DNA from: Hyphochytrium catenoides | Taxonomy: Eukaryota > Protista > Hyphochytriomycota | Assembly (NCBI GenBank): GCA_900088475.1 | Contig: FLMG01003788.1 | Span: 23,204 to 87,203 of the forward strand | DNA length: 64,000 nt | Direction of reading: 5' to 3' | Part shown: positions 22,286 to 34,125 of the stretch, piece after piece | Numbering within the stretch: the stretch's first letter is position 1 | How the letters are laid out: the number at the start of each line of letters is the position of its first letter | The notes under the pieces: generated by a model | What the model was told of the DNA's origin: nothing | What the model saw: only the letters and a program-made list of their open reading frames with translations | Database searches by the model: none | Translations under genes and position numbers: made by a program

Positions 22286-24184
22286 ATGGCCTCTTCCTCG
22301 ACCGCCAAAGCTCTTCGCATTCTTATCGTTGGAGGTGTTGCAGGTGGAGCCTCTGCCGCCGCTCGGGCTCGCAGACTCTCCGAATCCGCGATCATCACGA
22401 TCCTGGAGAAAGGGCCGTACATTTCCTATGCAAACTGCGGTATCCCGTACCACCTCGGCAAGGTTATTCCTAATGAATCTGATCTGATTCTTCAGACGCC
22501 CAAAGCGCTCGGCGAGAGATTCAACCTGGACGTGAAGATCAACACGGAGGCCATTGCCATTTCTCCTGAGAAGAAGACGGTCTTGGCGCGGAACCTGGAG
22601 ACACAGGAGGAGAGAGAGATCCCCTATGATAAGCTGATTCTCTCTATGGGCGCGCAGAGCATCGTCCCCTCCCTCCCAGGGACAAATCTCGATGGCGTGC
22701 TTTGTCTGCAGACCATCCCAGATCTTCAGAAAGTAAAAGAGAGAATCGACAGAGTTGGGGCGCGGTCTGCGGTGGTCATCGGCGGCGGGTTTATCGGCTT
22801 GGAAGCCGTAGAAAATCTGGTACATTTGGGTCTGAAGGTGACGCTCATCGAGAAGAATAACCAGGTGTTTATGCCTTTTGACCCAGAAATGGCTGCGGCT
22901 GTGAGGCGGGAGCTCGAGAAGAACGGCGTTGACGTCCGCCTCGGAGTAGAGTTCACAGGCGTGGAGAAGGCAGGGCGAGATGGGGAAGAAGAGAAAGAAG
23001 AAGAGAAGACAGGCAGTCTCTTGGTGCGGTACAAGTCTTCCGGAAGAAGAGGCAAAGAAGCAGGGCAGAATGGGGATCATCATCTAGGAGAGGAGAGCAT
23101 TGCCACGGACCTCGTTCTTATGGCGATAGGGGTCAGGCCACGGACAAAGCTAGCGGAGAAGGCAGGCGTAAAGATAGGAGAGAGAGGCATCAAAGTAGAC
23201 CGCTTTATGCGGACAAACGTGCCAGATGTCTACGCCATTGGCGACCTGGTCGAGGTCACGCAGCCCCAGCTCGGGACCTCGGTCTACATCGCTCTCGCTG
23301 GGCCCGCCAATAGACAAGGAAGGCTTGTGGCCAACCACATCTTTGGAGAGGAGAAGGAGGAGAAGAGAGGAGGGGAAGAGAAAGAAGAGAAGAAAACAAA
23401 GAAAGGCTATCGAGGCACAATGGGCACAGCGATCTGTAAGGTCTTCGGGGTCAACGCTGCCTCCACGGGTCTCTCGGAGAAGGTTCTCTCTCGGGCAAAG
23501 ATTCCTCATCGCGCCATCGTTGTCCACCCTAACAACCACGCAGGATACTATCCAGGTGCGAGACAGATGGCGCTTAAGCTTATCTTTAACCCTGAGGACG
23601 GGGGAAGAGTCCTCGGAGCCCAAGCCGTGGGAGGAGAAGGTGTTGACAAGAGAATTGACGTTCTCTCTCTCTCCATCCAAGCGGGTTTCTCTGTCTTTGA
23701 CCTGGAAGAAGCAGAGCTCGCTTACGCGCCGCAGTTCTCTTCTGCGAAAGATCCTGTTAATATGGCTGGATTCGTCGCCTCTAACTCGTTAAGAGGAGAG
23801 TACCACGCTATCCGCGCGCCAGAGCTTCTCTTCTCTCTCTCCGGAGAGGAGAGAGAAGATGGGGAGAGAGGAGAAGAGAAGAGAAAGAGAGAGAAAGGAG
23901 AAGCTTTCCAGATTGTGGATGTGCGGACAAAGGGAGAGTTTGAGAAAGGCTTTATCCCTGGCGCCATCAATATCCCGATTGACCAACTGAGAGAGAGAGT
24001 GGGAGAGCTCTCTCTCTCTCTCCCGACAGTCACTTACTGTCGCGTAGGCTTCCGCGGGTACTTGGGCTATAGGATCCTTCGGCAGCAAGGGTTCGAGAGA
24101 GTGTACAACCTGGACGGAGGGATGAGGACCTGGGATGAGTTCTATGAGTTCCCTACGGAGCGCCCAGGAGAGAGGAAGAAGTGA
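22286..24184 (+). CDS. CoA-disulfide reductase / NADH-dependent persulfide reductase with C-terminal rhodanese domain (CoADR-RHD, Npsr-like), 632 aa, intronless
   Basis: FAD motif IVGGVAGGASAA, redox Cys motif SYANCGIPY, NAD motif VIGGGFIGLE, VYAIGD, YYPGA, ELAYAPQFSSAKDPVNMAG, and rhodanese motifs IVDVRT..EF..G.IPGAINIP, YCRVGFRG, VYNLDGG. Confidence 0.95.
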   Translation: MASSSTAKALRILIVGGVAGGASAAARARRLSESAIITILEKGPYISYANCGIPYHLGKVIPNESDLILQTPKALGERFNLDVKINTEAIAISPEKKTVLARNLETQEEREIPYDKLILSMGAQSIVPSLPGTNLDGVLCLQTIPDLQKVKERIDRVGARSAVVIGGGFIGLEAVENLVHLGLKVTLIEKNNQVFMPFDPEMAAAVRRELEKNGVDVRLGVEFTGVEKAGRDGEEEKEEEKTGSLLVRYKSSGRRGKEAGQNGDHHLGEESIATDLVLMAIGVRPRTKLAEKAGVKIGERGIKVDRFMRTNVPDVYAIGDLVEVTQPQLGTSVYIALAGPANRQGRLVANHIFGEEKEEKRGGEEKEEKKTKKGYRGTMGTAICKVFGVNAASTGLSEKVLSRAKIPHRAIVVHPNNHAGYYPGARQMALKLIFNPEDGGRVLGAQAVGGEGVDKRIDVLSLSIQAGFSVFDLEEAELAYAPQFSSAKDPVNMAGFVASNSLRGEYHAIRAPELLFSLSGEEREDGERGEEKRKREKGEAFQIVDVRTKGEFEKGFIPGAINIPIDQLRERVGELSLSLPTVTYCRVGFRGYLGYRILRQQGFERVYNLDGGMRTWDEFYEFPTERPGERKK

Positions 24185-26574
24185 CGCACCGCCTCTTTCT
24201 TTGCCTCCCTCTCTCTCTCTCTTTCGATCTCTCTTTCTCTCCCTCTCTCTGTTTCCTCCGTATTCACCGATAATTTTAGGCGCTTCTCCTTTGCTATCTA
24301 TCAATCTCTTCTTCTCTCTCTCCACTCTCGCTCTTCTTATCCTCTCTCTCTCTCTCTTTCTCCCTCTCTCCGTTTGTCTCTAAATCCAATGTAAATGATA
24401 AACGGGTTATTAAGGAAAAGGAAAATATGTCACTCAGAAGAATCTACTTCTTTCCTGACCCGAAGCGCTTTTTTCTTTCTCGCCCCTCCTCTTTCTCTCT
24501 CCTCTCTCTCTCTTCTGTCTCTCTCTTTCCTCTTTGGCGCAACAACATTTGCAGGAGGGAGGAGAAAAATGACAGCTCAAAATGATTCTTCCTTTGCTAG
24601 TTCAACGCATTTCTCTCTCTTTCTTTCTTTCTCTCTCTCTTTCTTTCTTTCTTTCTCTCTCTTTCTCGCTTCTCTCTCTTTCTCTGAGTCCCTGGCCCAC
24701 GTTTCCTCCCGTGCACCTCAAGCTGATTCTACTAGAGGACAATTGGAAGAAGAATGGGCATTATCGTTGATTATTACTCGGACGGCCTCTTAGGTATCTC
24801 TCTCTCTTCCTGTGTCTCCCGCATTATACTCTGTCTCTCTTGCTCTTCCGCTCTGTCTTTCAACTTTAGTTTTCTAGCATTGTGGGCCGGCCCGCTTTCT
24901 CTCTCACTCTCTCTCTCTCTCTCTCTCTCTTCCTCTCTCTCTCTCTCTGCCTCTCTCTGCCTCTCTCTCTGTCTGTCTCTCTGACTCTCTCTCGCTCTCT
25001 CTGTCTCTCCCGTCTAGTGTCTCTCTCCTCTGCTTGAGTGCAGCGGACCTAGTGTCTCTCTTCTCTCTCTCTTCTAGAATCTCTCTCTCATCGGTCTCAG
25101 AGAGAGAGAGGAAGGAGAAAAGAGGTACTCCGCAGGAAACGCGAGAGAGAAGAAAGAGGTGAGAAATGAAGGCGCCGGAAAAGTTGAACAGAAAAGCCGA
25201 ACGAGCTGATACAAGAAGAGAACGCGTAAGACTTGCATCATGCACATCCGGCAGAGAGAGAGAGAGAGAGAGANNNNNNNNNNNNNNNNNNNNNNNNNNN
25301 NNNNNNAGAGAGAGAGAGAGGGAGAGAGTAGAGAGTAGAGAGAGAGAAAGGCGGTGAGAGGAGGGAGAGAGGAGAGGAGAGAGAGCGAGAGCGAAAACAA
25401 GGGACAGTACACGTAAGAACAGCAAAGCCAAGGAAACCTTTCCAGACCTCCCCTTGTAGTTGAGATGGCACCTTGAGCATAACCACGCTGGAACTTAACT
25501 GTTAGTACTTTGCCTCTCTGGATGTTCCGGTCCCTTTAGACAGACTAAGGAGTGCCCCTTTCTTGTTGAAGGTTGATATGTAACGACCGTTTCTATATAG
25601 AATCTGCATGGAGATATTAATGTTAGAGAGGGTTTTATTATAGATATGTATGCGCCCACCCTCTAGGAGATTCCTACAAGTAGTGCAGTCCGGGTTCTGG
25701 CAGTTCCTCTCTTCCTCTCTCTCTCNNNNNNNNNNNNNNNNNNNNNNNNNNNNNNNNNNNNNNNNNNNNNNNTCTCTCTCCTCTCTCTCTCCCTCTCTCT
25801 CTCACATACACACACTCTCTTTCTCTGTGAATCACTACTAGTTGCCCTCTGCTCTCCAACCACCGCGCTTTCTGTCTTTCTCATTGCTTCAGAACTTTTG
25901 ATTCATGTCTACGCCTGTCCTCTCTTCCTTCTCTGTCGCCTTCCCCTTGTTTCTCTCTCTTTATGATCTCTCCTAGTAATATTCTCTTCTCCCTCACCAT
26001 GGCTCTCTTCTCGGTCTCTTCTTAACTGCTTCCTCCCTCCTGACCGCACTGCTCCCGTCAACCTCTCTTTCCTTCGGGACTTTTCTCTCTTTCTTCCTTT
26101 GTCACTTTTCCTCTCCTCCCAGGCTGTTTGAGCTCCTGCCTTTCTCCTTTCCTGCCTGGTGATCGTTTTTCTCCATCACATTCCTCCTTCTGCCCCCCTT
26201 CTTCCCCCGTCTAGTCTCTCTCTCTCTCTTTTTTCCTTCTCTCTCCTTTAGTCTCCCTCACTCTCCCATTTCCATCACTCTATTTTCTCTCCATACATCT
26301 AGCTACGGTCTATACGTACATCGCGAGCACTTGGTGCTGATGATGGAGCCTCGATCTGAGACAGCCCATCAACAAAGAAATCCAACTCTGTCTCCGCAGA
26401 TCTTGGCTAGGGTACTCGCCATGAGCTCTGCTGGCTTTCCCTGTTTCTCTTCTTCTCTGCTGCAGATGTCTCTTGTTTCCCTCTCTCATTCTCTCGCTGC
26501 ATTGTTGGGACCTTTGAAGGAAGAGAGACGCTAGATATATGGCGAGGTTCATCGCGTTCCCTGGTTACAGCTTT

Positions 26575-26613
<39 letters not shown>

Positions 26614-26757
26614 CATAACCCAATCTAAAAAATTAGAACTGCGGATCGTGATCTGAAGGTTCATCGGAGATCCTCCAAAATCCGGCTCTCTGCAGATTGA
26701 TCTTTGAAGCTCATCGCAGCTTCAAAAGAGCGTGTCTGAGGAGGTTGTCATAGAATA

Positions 26758-28194
26758 ATGCTTGGTCCCTCCAATGAAGACGCTGGAGGTGGGGTGACAG
26801 TCGTTCTGTGCGAAGCGTTGGTCCGCCATCTGCACGGCGAGCCTGAGCTCAATGATCTCTGCCAGAAGTCTCTGATAGAGGCACGGACTGAGATCGACAA
26901 GGCGTTAGAGCGAACAATGCTGAAGAGAAAGGGAAAGACTACAAAGACAGGAAGCCCTTCTTCCTCATCTTCTCCTCCTCCTCTTCTACCGCCTGTCCAC
27001 CCTTCAATAACGGGTCTCTCTCTCTCTCCTGCTCTCTCCTATTCCCCTCCGTCTCTTCTCGTTCCCGTCAAGTCCAGATCCAGTAGCATCCGGCCCAAGC
27101 CAATGATAAATAGCCTCATAGAGAAGACCAGCAGCAAAAAGAAGAGCAGTAAGAAACGACAGAAAGAGAAAAGAGCAGGAGAAGAGAGAGAGACAGAGAG
27201 AGCGCCAACAGCTGCTGGCCTAGGAGAAGGAGGAGGAAGAACGAGAAAGAGAGAGAAACTCCGCGTGATGGCGGCGGTGCAGTCCTACGCCCCTCTCACT
27301 GTGGCGCAAAGCAATGTCACGGTGATGGAGAGAATCTTTGGTCAGAGATTCAGTGACTGGTGGTGGAGAAAGAGAAAGATCCTAGCCCATCCTCTCGTCG
27401 GACTCGTGCTCTGTCTCGCTGTAGCGGCGCTCGCATTGACGGCCATCGGCGCATCTCTCTCTGAAGCACATCGCAGTCTCTCTGCTATTCTCTATGGACT
27501 TATCCTACTCTACCTCGCAGTGCTGCAGTCTTTTTATCTCAACTTTGCCCTTGCAGTTCGTTCTTTCCAGACCATCGACTCGCTTCTCTTCATGGCAGAG
27601 ATCACCCAGTTTGCTCTCTCTCTCGCTTGCGTTCTCTGTTTCTCTCTCTCTGGATGGATCCTCTCTCTCTCTACGGCTTTCTCTCTCACGTATCTCAACC
27701 TAAGCTATGACAGCTTTCCTGTCGGGCTAAGAAAGACAATGCGAGGGCCGCTTGTCCTCTGGAGCTTGGCCTTCGCCTTGCTCTTAGCGGGGATCTATCT
27801 CCATCTGCCCGTCCACATGTGCGGGTACCGTCTGGACCTGAATAATGGGATGATAGACGAGGAAGAAGCTCTAAAAAAGGCGGATCTTTCGGAGTGGAAT
27901 CTCTCTCTCTTGGATTTTTGTCTCAACCGCGGTTTCTCTGTGTTAATGTTAATGGTTCGGACCACTTTCTTGGCCTTCCGCCATCCTAGTGACTGCACGA
28001 TCATCAGGAGCAGGATCCGAGTGATGGAGCTGCCGCTACCGCCGTCTTCTCTCTCTTCCTCGGCGGCCTGCGCTTCTTCTTCTCTCCTCTCGTCTCCCGC
28101 GTCTCTCTCTGCTGTCTCTCCTCCTCCTGCCTCATCAGCGACGACCCCCGTAGTTGAAATAGTAGGAGGGAGGAAGAGGGATATTAACTATTGA
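26758..28194 (+). CDS. Membrane-protein family copy 2 (uncharacterised multi-pass protein, 478 aa)
   Basis: Intact intronless ORF with ~6 hydrophobic segments; shares ordered motifs with the ORFs at 16393, 29926 and 47347. Confidence 0.85.
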   Translation: MLGPSNEDAGGGVTVVLCEALVRHLHGEPELNDLCQKSLIEARTEIDKALERTMLKRKGKTTKTGSPSSSSSPPPLLPPVHPSITGLSLSPALSYSPPSLLVPVKSRSSSIRPKPMINSLIEKTSSKKKSSKKRQKEKRAGEERETERAPTAAGLGEGGGRTRKREKLRVMAAVQSYAPLTVAQSNVTVMERIFGQRFSDWWWRKRKILAHPLVGLVLCLAVAALALTAIGASLSEAHRSLSAILYGLILLYLAVLQSFYLNFALAVRSFQTIDSLLFMAEITQFALSLACVLCFSLSGWILSLSTAFSLTYLNLSYDSFPVGLRKTMRGPLVLWSLAFALLLAGIYLHLPVHMCGYRLDLNNGMIDEEEALKKADLSEWNLSLLDFCLNRGFSVLMLMVRTTFLAFRHPSDCTIIRSRIRVMELPLPPSSLSSSAACASSSLLSSPASLSAVSPPPASSATTPVVEIVGGRKRDINY

Positions 28195-28238
28195 ATAAGA
28201 AGAGGACTCACTCGTACACCCGATTGGCAGGAGGAGAG

Positions 28239-28279
<41 letters not shown>

Positions 28280-29195
28280 AGAGAGAGAGAGAGAGAAGAG
28301 AGAAGTGAGAGAGAGAGAGAGAGAATGGAGAGAGAGAGAGTAATTTATTTACACTCTATGTTATGAGCCCTCCTCACTTCATCATGATGGTCCTCATCAC
28401 CTCATTGGCGCAGTACGCGGTCTGTAAACTATTAGTCGTAGGTAGGAGAGACACAGCAGGGGAAGGAGAGAAAGAGTAGTTAGTTAGTTAGTCCTGGCGA
28501 ATGGAAGACGATCCCTCTCACTCTTCTAGGCACTCTTTTCTTTATGTAGCAGCGCAAAGCGATACGTCAGTAGAAAGAGAGGATGACGTTCTTCGGCATG
28601 AAAGAGAGGCATAAAAGAGAGAGAGAGAAAGAGAGAGAGAGAGAACTAGAAGTGAAAAAGTGAGAGTGGCATAGATAATATTAGACCAACGGGTTGCCCG
28701 CCCTCAGTTCCCCTTGACCTTCGCGATGAAACTGCCTAACTTCACTCCTTCGTCTTGTTGTCTCCTCTCTCTTCTTCTTCTTTCTCTACTCCTCTTCTTC
28801 TCTCTCTCCTGGACTGTGGCCTCCTCTTATCTTTCTCTTCATCTCTCTCTCTCTCTCTCTCTCGCTCTCTCTCCCTCTCTCTCTCTCTCTCTCTTCTGCC
28901 AGCAGTAGCAGCGCTGAGAAGATACGCAGTCGTTGCTCTGATGATGTTACACTACCAGATTCGACTTTGGATGTAACAGACGGCGCTATTCCTAATATGA
29001 CTTACCTTCATTCTTCATTAAAGCCATCATTTGTGCCTCTATCGCTGACGTGTCGACCTCTTGATCATTTTTGTGGGAACAAAGATCCATTCACAAAACT
29101 GAGAGAGACGGAGAGAGAGAGAGAGAAGGCCTCTCCTTCCTCCTCTCCCCTCTTTCTTTCCCCTTCGTCTCCTCTTGTCTGCTGTCTCCCCCTCG

Positions 29196-29245
<50 letters not shown>

Positions 29246-29845
29246 GTAACTCGGAGAGGAAGGGAGAGAGAGACAGAGTCGATAAGAGAGAGATGACTGG
29301 AAGAGAAGAGAGAGACGGGAGCTGAACTTAGCGAAACGTGCGCAAACCTGCGACAACAGTATGAGATAACCAGACACGCACCGAATGCCTTAAGCGGAGA
29401 GGAAGAAAGAGAGGAAGAAAGAGAGGAGAGAGAGAGAAAGAGAGAGAGAGANNNNNNNNNNNNNNNNNNNNNNNNNNNNNNNNNNNNNNNNNNNNNNNNN
29501 NNNNNNNNNNNNGAGAGAGAGAGAGAGAGAGAAAGAGAGTTAGAGGCAACAATTTGTCCTCTTCTTCGTATCATGTCAGCAAGCGCACCAACAAGCTGAA
29601 GAGGTGGCAACACGTCTTACACTTTCTTCTTGCCCTCGTTGGGAATCTCTCTATAGCTAAGGAGAGAGAAAAGAGAGAAAGAGAGAGAGAGAAAGAGAGA
29701 GAGCGAGGTGCGAACTTGAGCTCTGTCTTTGGGCTTATCAGTCCACGACGATGGCAGCTACTCTCAGCCTGAGCAGAGTTCAACGCTATTTCTATTGATT
29801 TCCTTACATTTCATCCCTTTCTCTTCTCTCTCAAGGGAGACGGGG

Positions 29846-29880
<35 letters not shown>

Positions 29881-29925
29881 GAGAAGAAAGAAGGTGAAGA
29901 GAGAGAATAGAGTAGTTCAAAGGCA

Positions 29926-31395
29926 ATGGACGCGGTAGAGGCAGCAACCTGTTGCCTCTCCCAAGCCTTGGCAGCGCATTTGAGAGAGAGAAAGCCACGG
30001 TTTGTCTCCTATGAACAGTCAAGAAAGGCGCTCTTGGAGGCGAGAGAGGAGATAGACAATGCTCTTCTTCCCTCTTCTCTCCCTCCTCTCTCTTCTTCTC
30101 CTCCTTCTCCCTACCCGTCTCTCTCTTCTCTTTCCTCTCCGGCCATACAGAGCATCCAGAAGACAAAGGAGGCTTGGAATAAGCCAAGAGCAGAAGAAGA
30201 AGACGAAAGAGGCGAGAGAGGAAAGAAGGAAAAGAAGAAAGAGAGAGAGAGACGAAGAAGAGAGAGAGGAGAAGATGTCCCTTCCCAAAGGCTCCGTGTC
30301 ATGACGGCGGTCCAGTCCTATACAGAGTTAAGCCTAAGAGAGAGCAACGTAACAGTGATGGAGAGACTCTTCGGGAAGAGATTCTATGACGCCTGGTGGA
30401 AGAGAAGAAAGGTGCTTGGCCATCCTCTTCTTCTCTCTTTCCTTTTCGTCCTCGCCTGTGCCCTACATGGCGCCTATGCTGCTGTCTCTCTCCCGGAGAG
30501 AGAGAAAACGATCGCCGCGGCGGTCTATACTCTCTCTGTCTTCTACATCACGCTCCGGCAGACTTCTCTCTGGAACTTCTTTCTCCTTCGAAGAGCACTA
30601 AGCACGGTGGATGCCTTTCTCTTTCTTGGAGAGATGTGCTTCTTCGCTGTCTCTCTGTGCGGTGTCTTCTGTTTCTCTCTCTCCGGGTGTCTCTTCTCTC
30701 TCTCTCTCGGCTTTGCTCTCTCTCAAGGCTTTATAATGTATGACTGCTGCCCCGTGGTGCTCAGGAGAGGAATGAGAGCCGCGTTGGTTCTCTGGACGCT
30801 GACCTTTCTCTCTTCTCTCGCTTTCATTTACTTCCGCGTCCCTTCCGAGATGTGCACCTACAGCTTTGACCTAATGAACGGACTGGTAAGAGAGACAAAG
30901 GGCGGAGAAGCGGTGGGAGAGAGAAAAGAAGAGAGAGAGAAGAAAGAGGGAGAGAAAGAGTCAGAATGGACCATGTCCATGTTGGACTTCTGCCTCAATC
31001 GCGGGTTTTCTGTCTTAATGTTGATGCTCCGGACTACTTACTGGGCCTTCAAGCACCCGCAAGACTGTGTTATTATTAGAAGCAGGGTCACCGTGAGAGA
31101 GCTACCGGTGAGGGGAGAGAGAGGAGAGAAAGAAGAGAGAGAAAGAAGAGACAAGGGGATGATAATGGATCATCAAGGACCAAAGAGTAAGGTTGCTGTC
31201 CTTCCTCAGCAGCTGCTGGAGGGAAGGGAAGGAGCAGCTCTTCGGAACTCTAACGAAGAGGATAAAATGAGAGAGAAGAAGGACGGCGGAGAGAGAAGCA
31301 GAGAGAGAGACGACAAGGAGAGAGAGAGAAAAGAAAGAAAGAATTCCTTTGACAGGAGGAGACAGCAGATATTCCCCCTCAGTCTTGGGCAATGA
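29926..31395 (+). CDS. Membrane-protein family copy 3 (489 aa)
   Basis: Intact ORF with AREEIDNAL, RVMTAVQSYTEL, YDCCPVVLRRGMR, DFCLNRGFSVLMLM and AFKHPQDCVIIRSR. Confidence 0.85.
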   Translation: MDAVEAATCCLSQALAAHLRERKPRFVSYEQSRKALLEAREEIDNALLPSSLPPLSSSPPSPYPSLSSLSSPAIQSIQKTKEAWNKPRAEEEDERGERGKKEKKKERERRRRERGEDVPSQRLRVMTAVQSYTELSLRESNVTVMERLFGKRFYDAWWKRRKVLGHPLLLSFLFVLACALHGAYAAVSLPEREKTIAAAVYTLSVFYITLRQTSLWNFFLLRRALSTVDAFLFLGEMCFFAVSLCGVFCFSLSGCLFSLSLGFALSQGFIMYDCCPVVLRRGMRAALVLWTLTFLSSLAFIYFRVPSEMCTYSFDLMNGLVRETKGGEAVGERKEEREKKEGEKESEWTMSMLDFCLNRGFSVLMLMLRTTYWAFKHPQDCVIIRSRVTVRELPVRGERGEKEERERRDKGMIMDHQGPKSKVAVLPQQLLEGREGAALRNSNEEDKMREKKDGGERSRERDDKERERKERKNSFDRRRQQIFPLSLGQ

Positions 31396-31486
31396 TAAAA
31401 TATGAAGATGAAGGCTCTTTGATCTTTTCTTTCTGTCCTCTTCCAGACTTTTCTCTTCTTCCAATGTTGTCTTCTCCTCCTCGGCT

Positions 31487-31528
<42 letters not shown>

Positions 31529-32249
31529 AGCTTGGACCCTCTTCTTCCTTACTCCAATTTGCCTCTCTCCACACTCTGCTGCTTTGCCGTCGTACGCCTT
31601 GTTACACATTATAGGCTCCAGATAATATATTCTTCCTGAGACGTCAAGAACGTGACAGATAGAGAGAGAAAAAGAGAGAGGGAGAGAGAGAGAGAGTAAG
31701 GAAGAGAGGATGAGCACAAAGGAGGGAAGAAACGACAGAACGGAGAGAGAACTTGAGAGCGGCGATGTCCTTGTCTGTGAAAGTACCAGCTACTAGTCCG
31801 CACGCTGCTCTACATTGACAATAATGGTTCAGGAGAGAGAGAGAGAGAGAGAGAGACAAGGAAACAAACAGAGAGAGTGAAGAAGAGAGAGAGAGAGTGA
31901 AGAAGAGAGGGAGAGAGAGTGAAAGAAGTAAGGGAAAGACGAGGAAAAAGCCAAGGGCGCTGGAGCAAAGAAGAGAAACCATCAAAGTAAAGGGCCCTTG
32001 CTAAAGATCAGTCAGATGGAGAGCTAGAGAGGTAGCTCTTGCAGCTCTCGAACAGATCTCTCTCTCTCCCGCTCCAGAAAGCGAATGAAGGAGAGAAGAA
32101 GAGACACCACGTTGGACGTCTGCCAGAGCCGACGCGAAGAAGCCTCGAGAGACGAAGAGAAACCGGCAAGAGCAAGAGAGACGCTCAAGCCGTCGGGACG
32201 CTGGAAATGTACTGAAGAAAGAGTGATTTAGAAGGAAAGAAAGAGGGAG

Positions 32250-32294
<45 letters not shown>

Positions 32295-32313
32295 AAGTGT
32301 ANNNNNNNNNNNN

Positions 32314-32360
<47 letters not shown>

Positions 32361-32461
32361 AAGGGACTGACCGGAGAAGAAGAGAGGGAATGGAGAATAC
32401 GAGGCTCTCCGGTTAGCTTGAGAGTCCAACCATCGTCATTCCTTGAGGATATTCAGACTCC

Positions 32462-34006
32462 TCAGAGCTCCGGCAGACTTTCAAGAGGATCTTCCCCCGC
32501 GGAATGACCGGAGCACCAGCCTTCCGCAGCCTCCTTCTTCTCCCTCGAGAAGGAAGAAGCCGCCGCGTATAAGAGAGAGGACGAGGATGGGGACGTGACG
32601 TCTGCAGAGAGAGAAGACATGGAAGAGAGAGACAGCAGCGTGTCCATCTTCCTCACCAGCTGCTCCACCTTGAAAGGCTTCAGAATGATATCGTCCATGC
32701 GCTGCTCAGGCACGCTTTCCGGTCATCCTGGGTCGCACTTGCCGTCAATGCAATCACTGGAATGGCATTTCTAGCTCTGCGGACGGCCCGACAGGCCTCA
32801 AATCCGTCCATGACGGGCATCTGACAGTCCATGAGGATCAAATCGTAGGCTTTTCCCTTGTTGAGCCTCTCTAACATCTGGGCGCCGTCCTCTGCCCAGT
32901 CCACGTCGCGGTATCCCTGCACCAAGAGGAGCTCCATGGCAATTCGGGCAGAGAGAGAGTTGTCCTCTGCTAGAAGGATGTGTTTCTTCTCTCTCTCTGC
33001 GGGAGAGAGAGGAGGGAAAGAGAGAGAGAGAGAGGGAGAAGAAGCCATACTGAAAGAGGAAGTGCGGGAAAGCCTTCCATCAACGGAGCTCGGTGACGTT
33101 AGAATAGAAAAATCTGACACATCTCGAGAGAGAGAGGGAGACCAACCAGCGGACCCGTTGTTCCAACAGCGGTCTTCTCCCCAATGACGATTGTTAGGGC
33201 CAAGAGCAACAAGTCTTCCTCTCTTTCTCTCTCTCCTTGGTCTTCTTCTCCTCCGCGCGAGACGCCCAACGGGACATGAAAAGAGAACGTGCTACCCTTT
33301 CTTGGTTCACTTTGCAGTGAGATGTCTCCTCCCATGAGAGAGAGAAGATCCTTGCAAATGGAGAGACCGAGCCCTGAGCCTCCGTACTTCCTGGTCGTGC
33401 TGTTATCTGCCTGGATAAACGGACGGAAGAGCTTTGCCTGTGTCTCCGGAGCTATTCCTATCCCTGTGTCCGAGACGCTTGCCTCCGCTATCACCACCCC
33501 TCCCTCCGCTTCTTTGCTGTCCTCTTCTCTTCTTCCGGTTGGCTCCGTCACCATGCTGCTCTCTCTCTCTTCTTGCAGAGGAGAAGTTTGTTCTCCTCTG
33601 TCTTCTTCTTCCCTTCTGTTTCGCGCAGGTCAACCAATTGCTTTCCCTCTCTTCTCTTGTTGTTGGAGGCGTTTCTTCTCTCTCTTCTTTCCCTAGCTTC
33701 TTTTCCGTTTTGTCGTTCATTGTTTGTCCTTGCGGACCGCTGTGCTGTCTTCTGCTTCTCTCTCCTCTCCGCCGGTCTCTCTTCTTCCCCATCTCCTCCT
33801 TATCTAACCGCTTTCTCTCCCGCTGTTGCTTTCTCTTTTCTCTCTCTTTTGCCGTCTCTTCCCGAAGAGACATGGAGACAACATGTACCTTTCCTCCGTC
33901 TTCTGTGAATTTGATGGCGTTAGAGAGAAGATTCACTAGGATTTGCTCTATTCGCTTGGAGTCTCCCACCACCGCTACTGACTGTAAAGTCTCAGCCGCT
34001 TGATAG
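32462..34006 (-). pseudogene. Hybrid histidine kinase remnant (HATPase_c plus receiver domain), at least three frame disruptions, no H-box visible
   Basis: N-box GDSKRIEQILVNLLSNAIKFT, G1 VSDTGIGI, F/G2 LFRPFIQAD..TRKYGGSGLGLSI, and receiver ILLAEDN ... LILMDCQMPVMDG ... IALTA ... MDDIILKP are spread over four ORFs in different frames. A single missing G at ~32700 breaks GMDD. Putative acceptor at 34007. Confidence 0.8.
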
Positions 34007-34084
34007 CTGGAGAGAAAGAAGGGTTAGAGAAAGAGAAAGAGAGAGAGAGAGAGGGGAGAGAGAGAGAGAGAGAGAGAGATTGGG

Positions 34085-34125
<41 letters not shown>

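Noticed and set aside
22214-23680. Long antisense ORFs over the CoADR gene (also over SET and RGS genes)
   Set aside because: Shadow frames of real genes with no recognisable motifs.
32462-33972. Programmed frameshifting or editing as explanation for the kinase breaks
   Set aside because: No shared slippery motif at the breaks and HisKA is missing; pseudogene or error is simpler.
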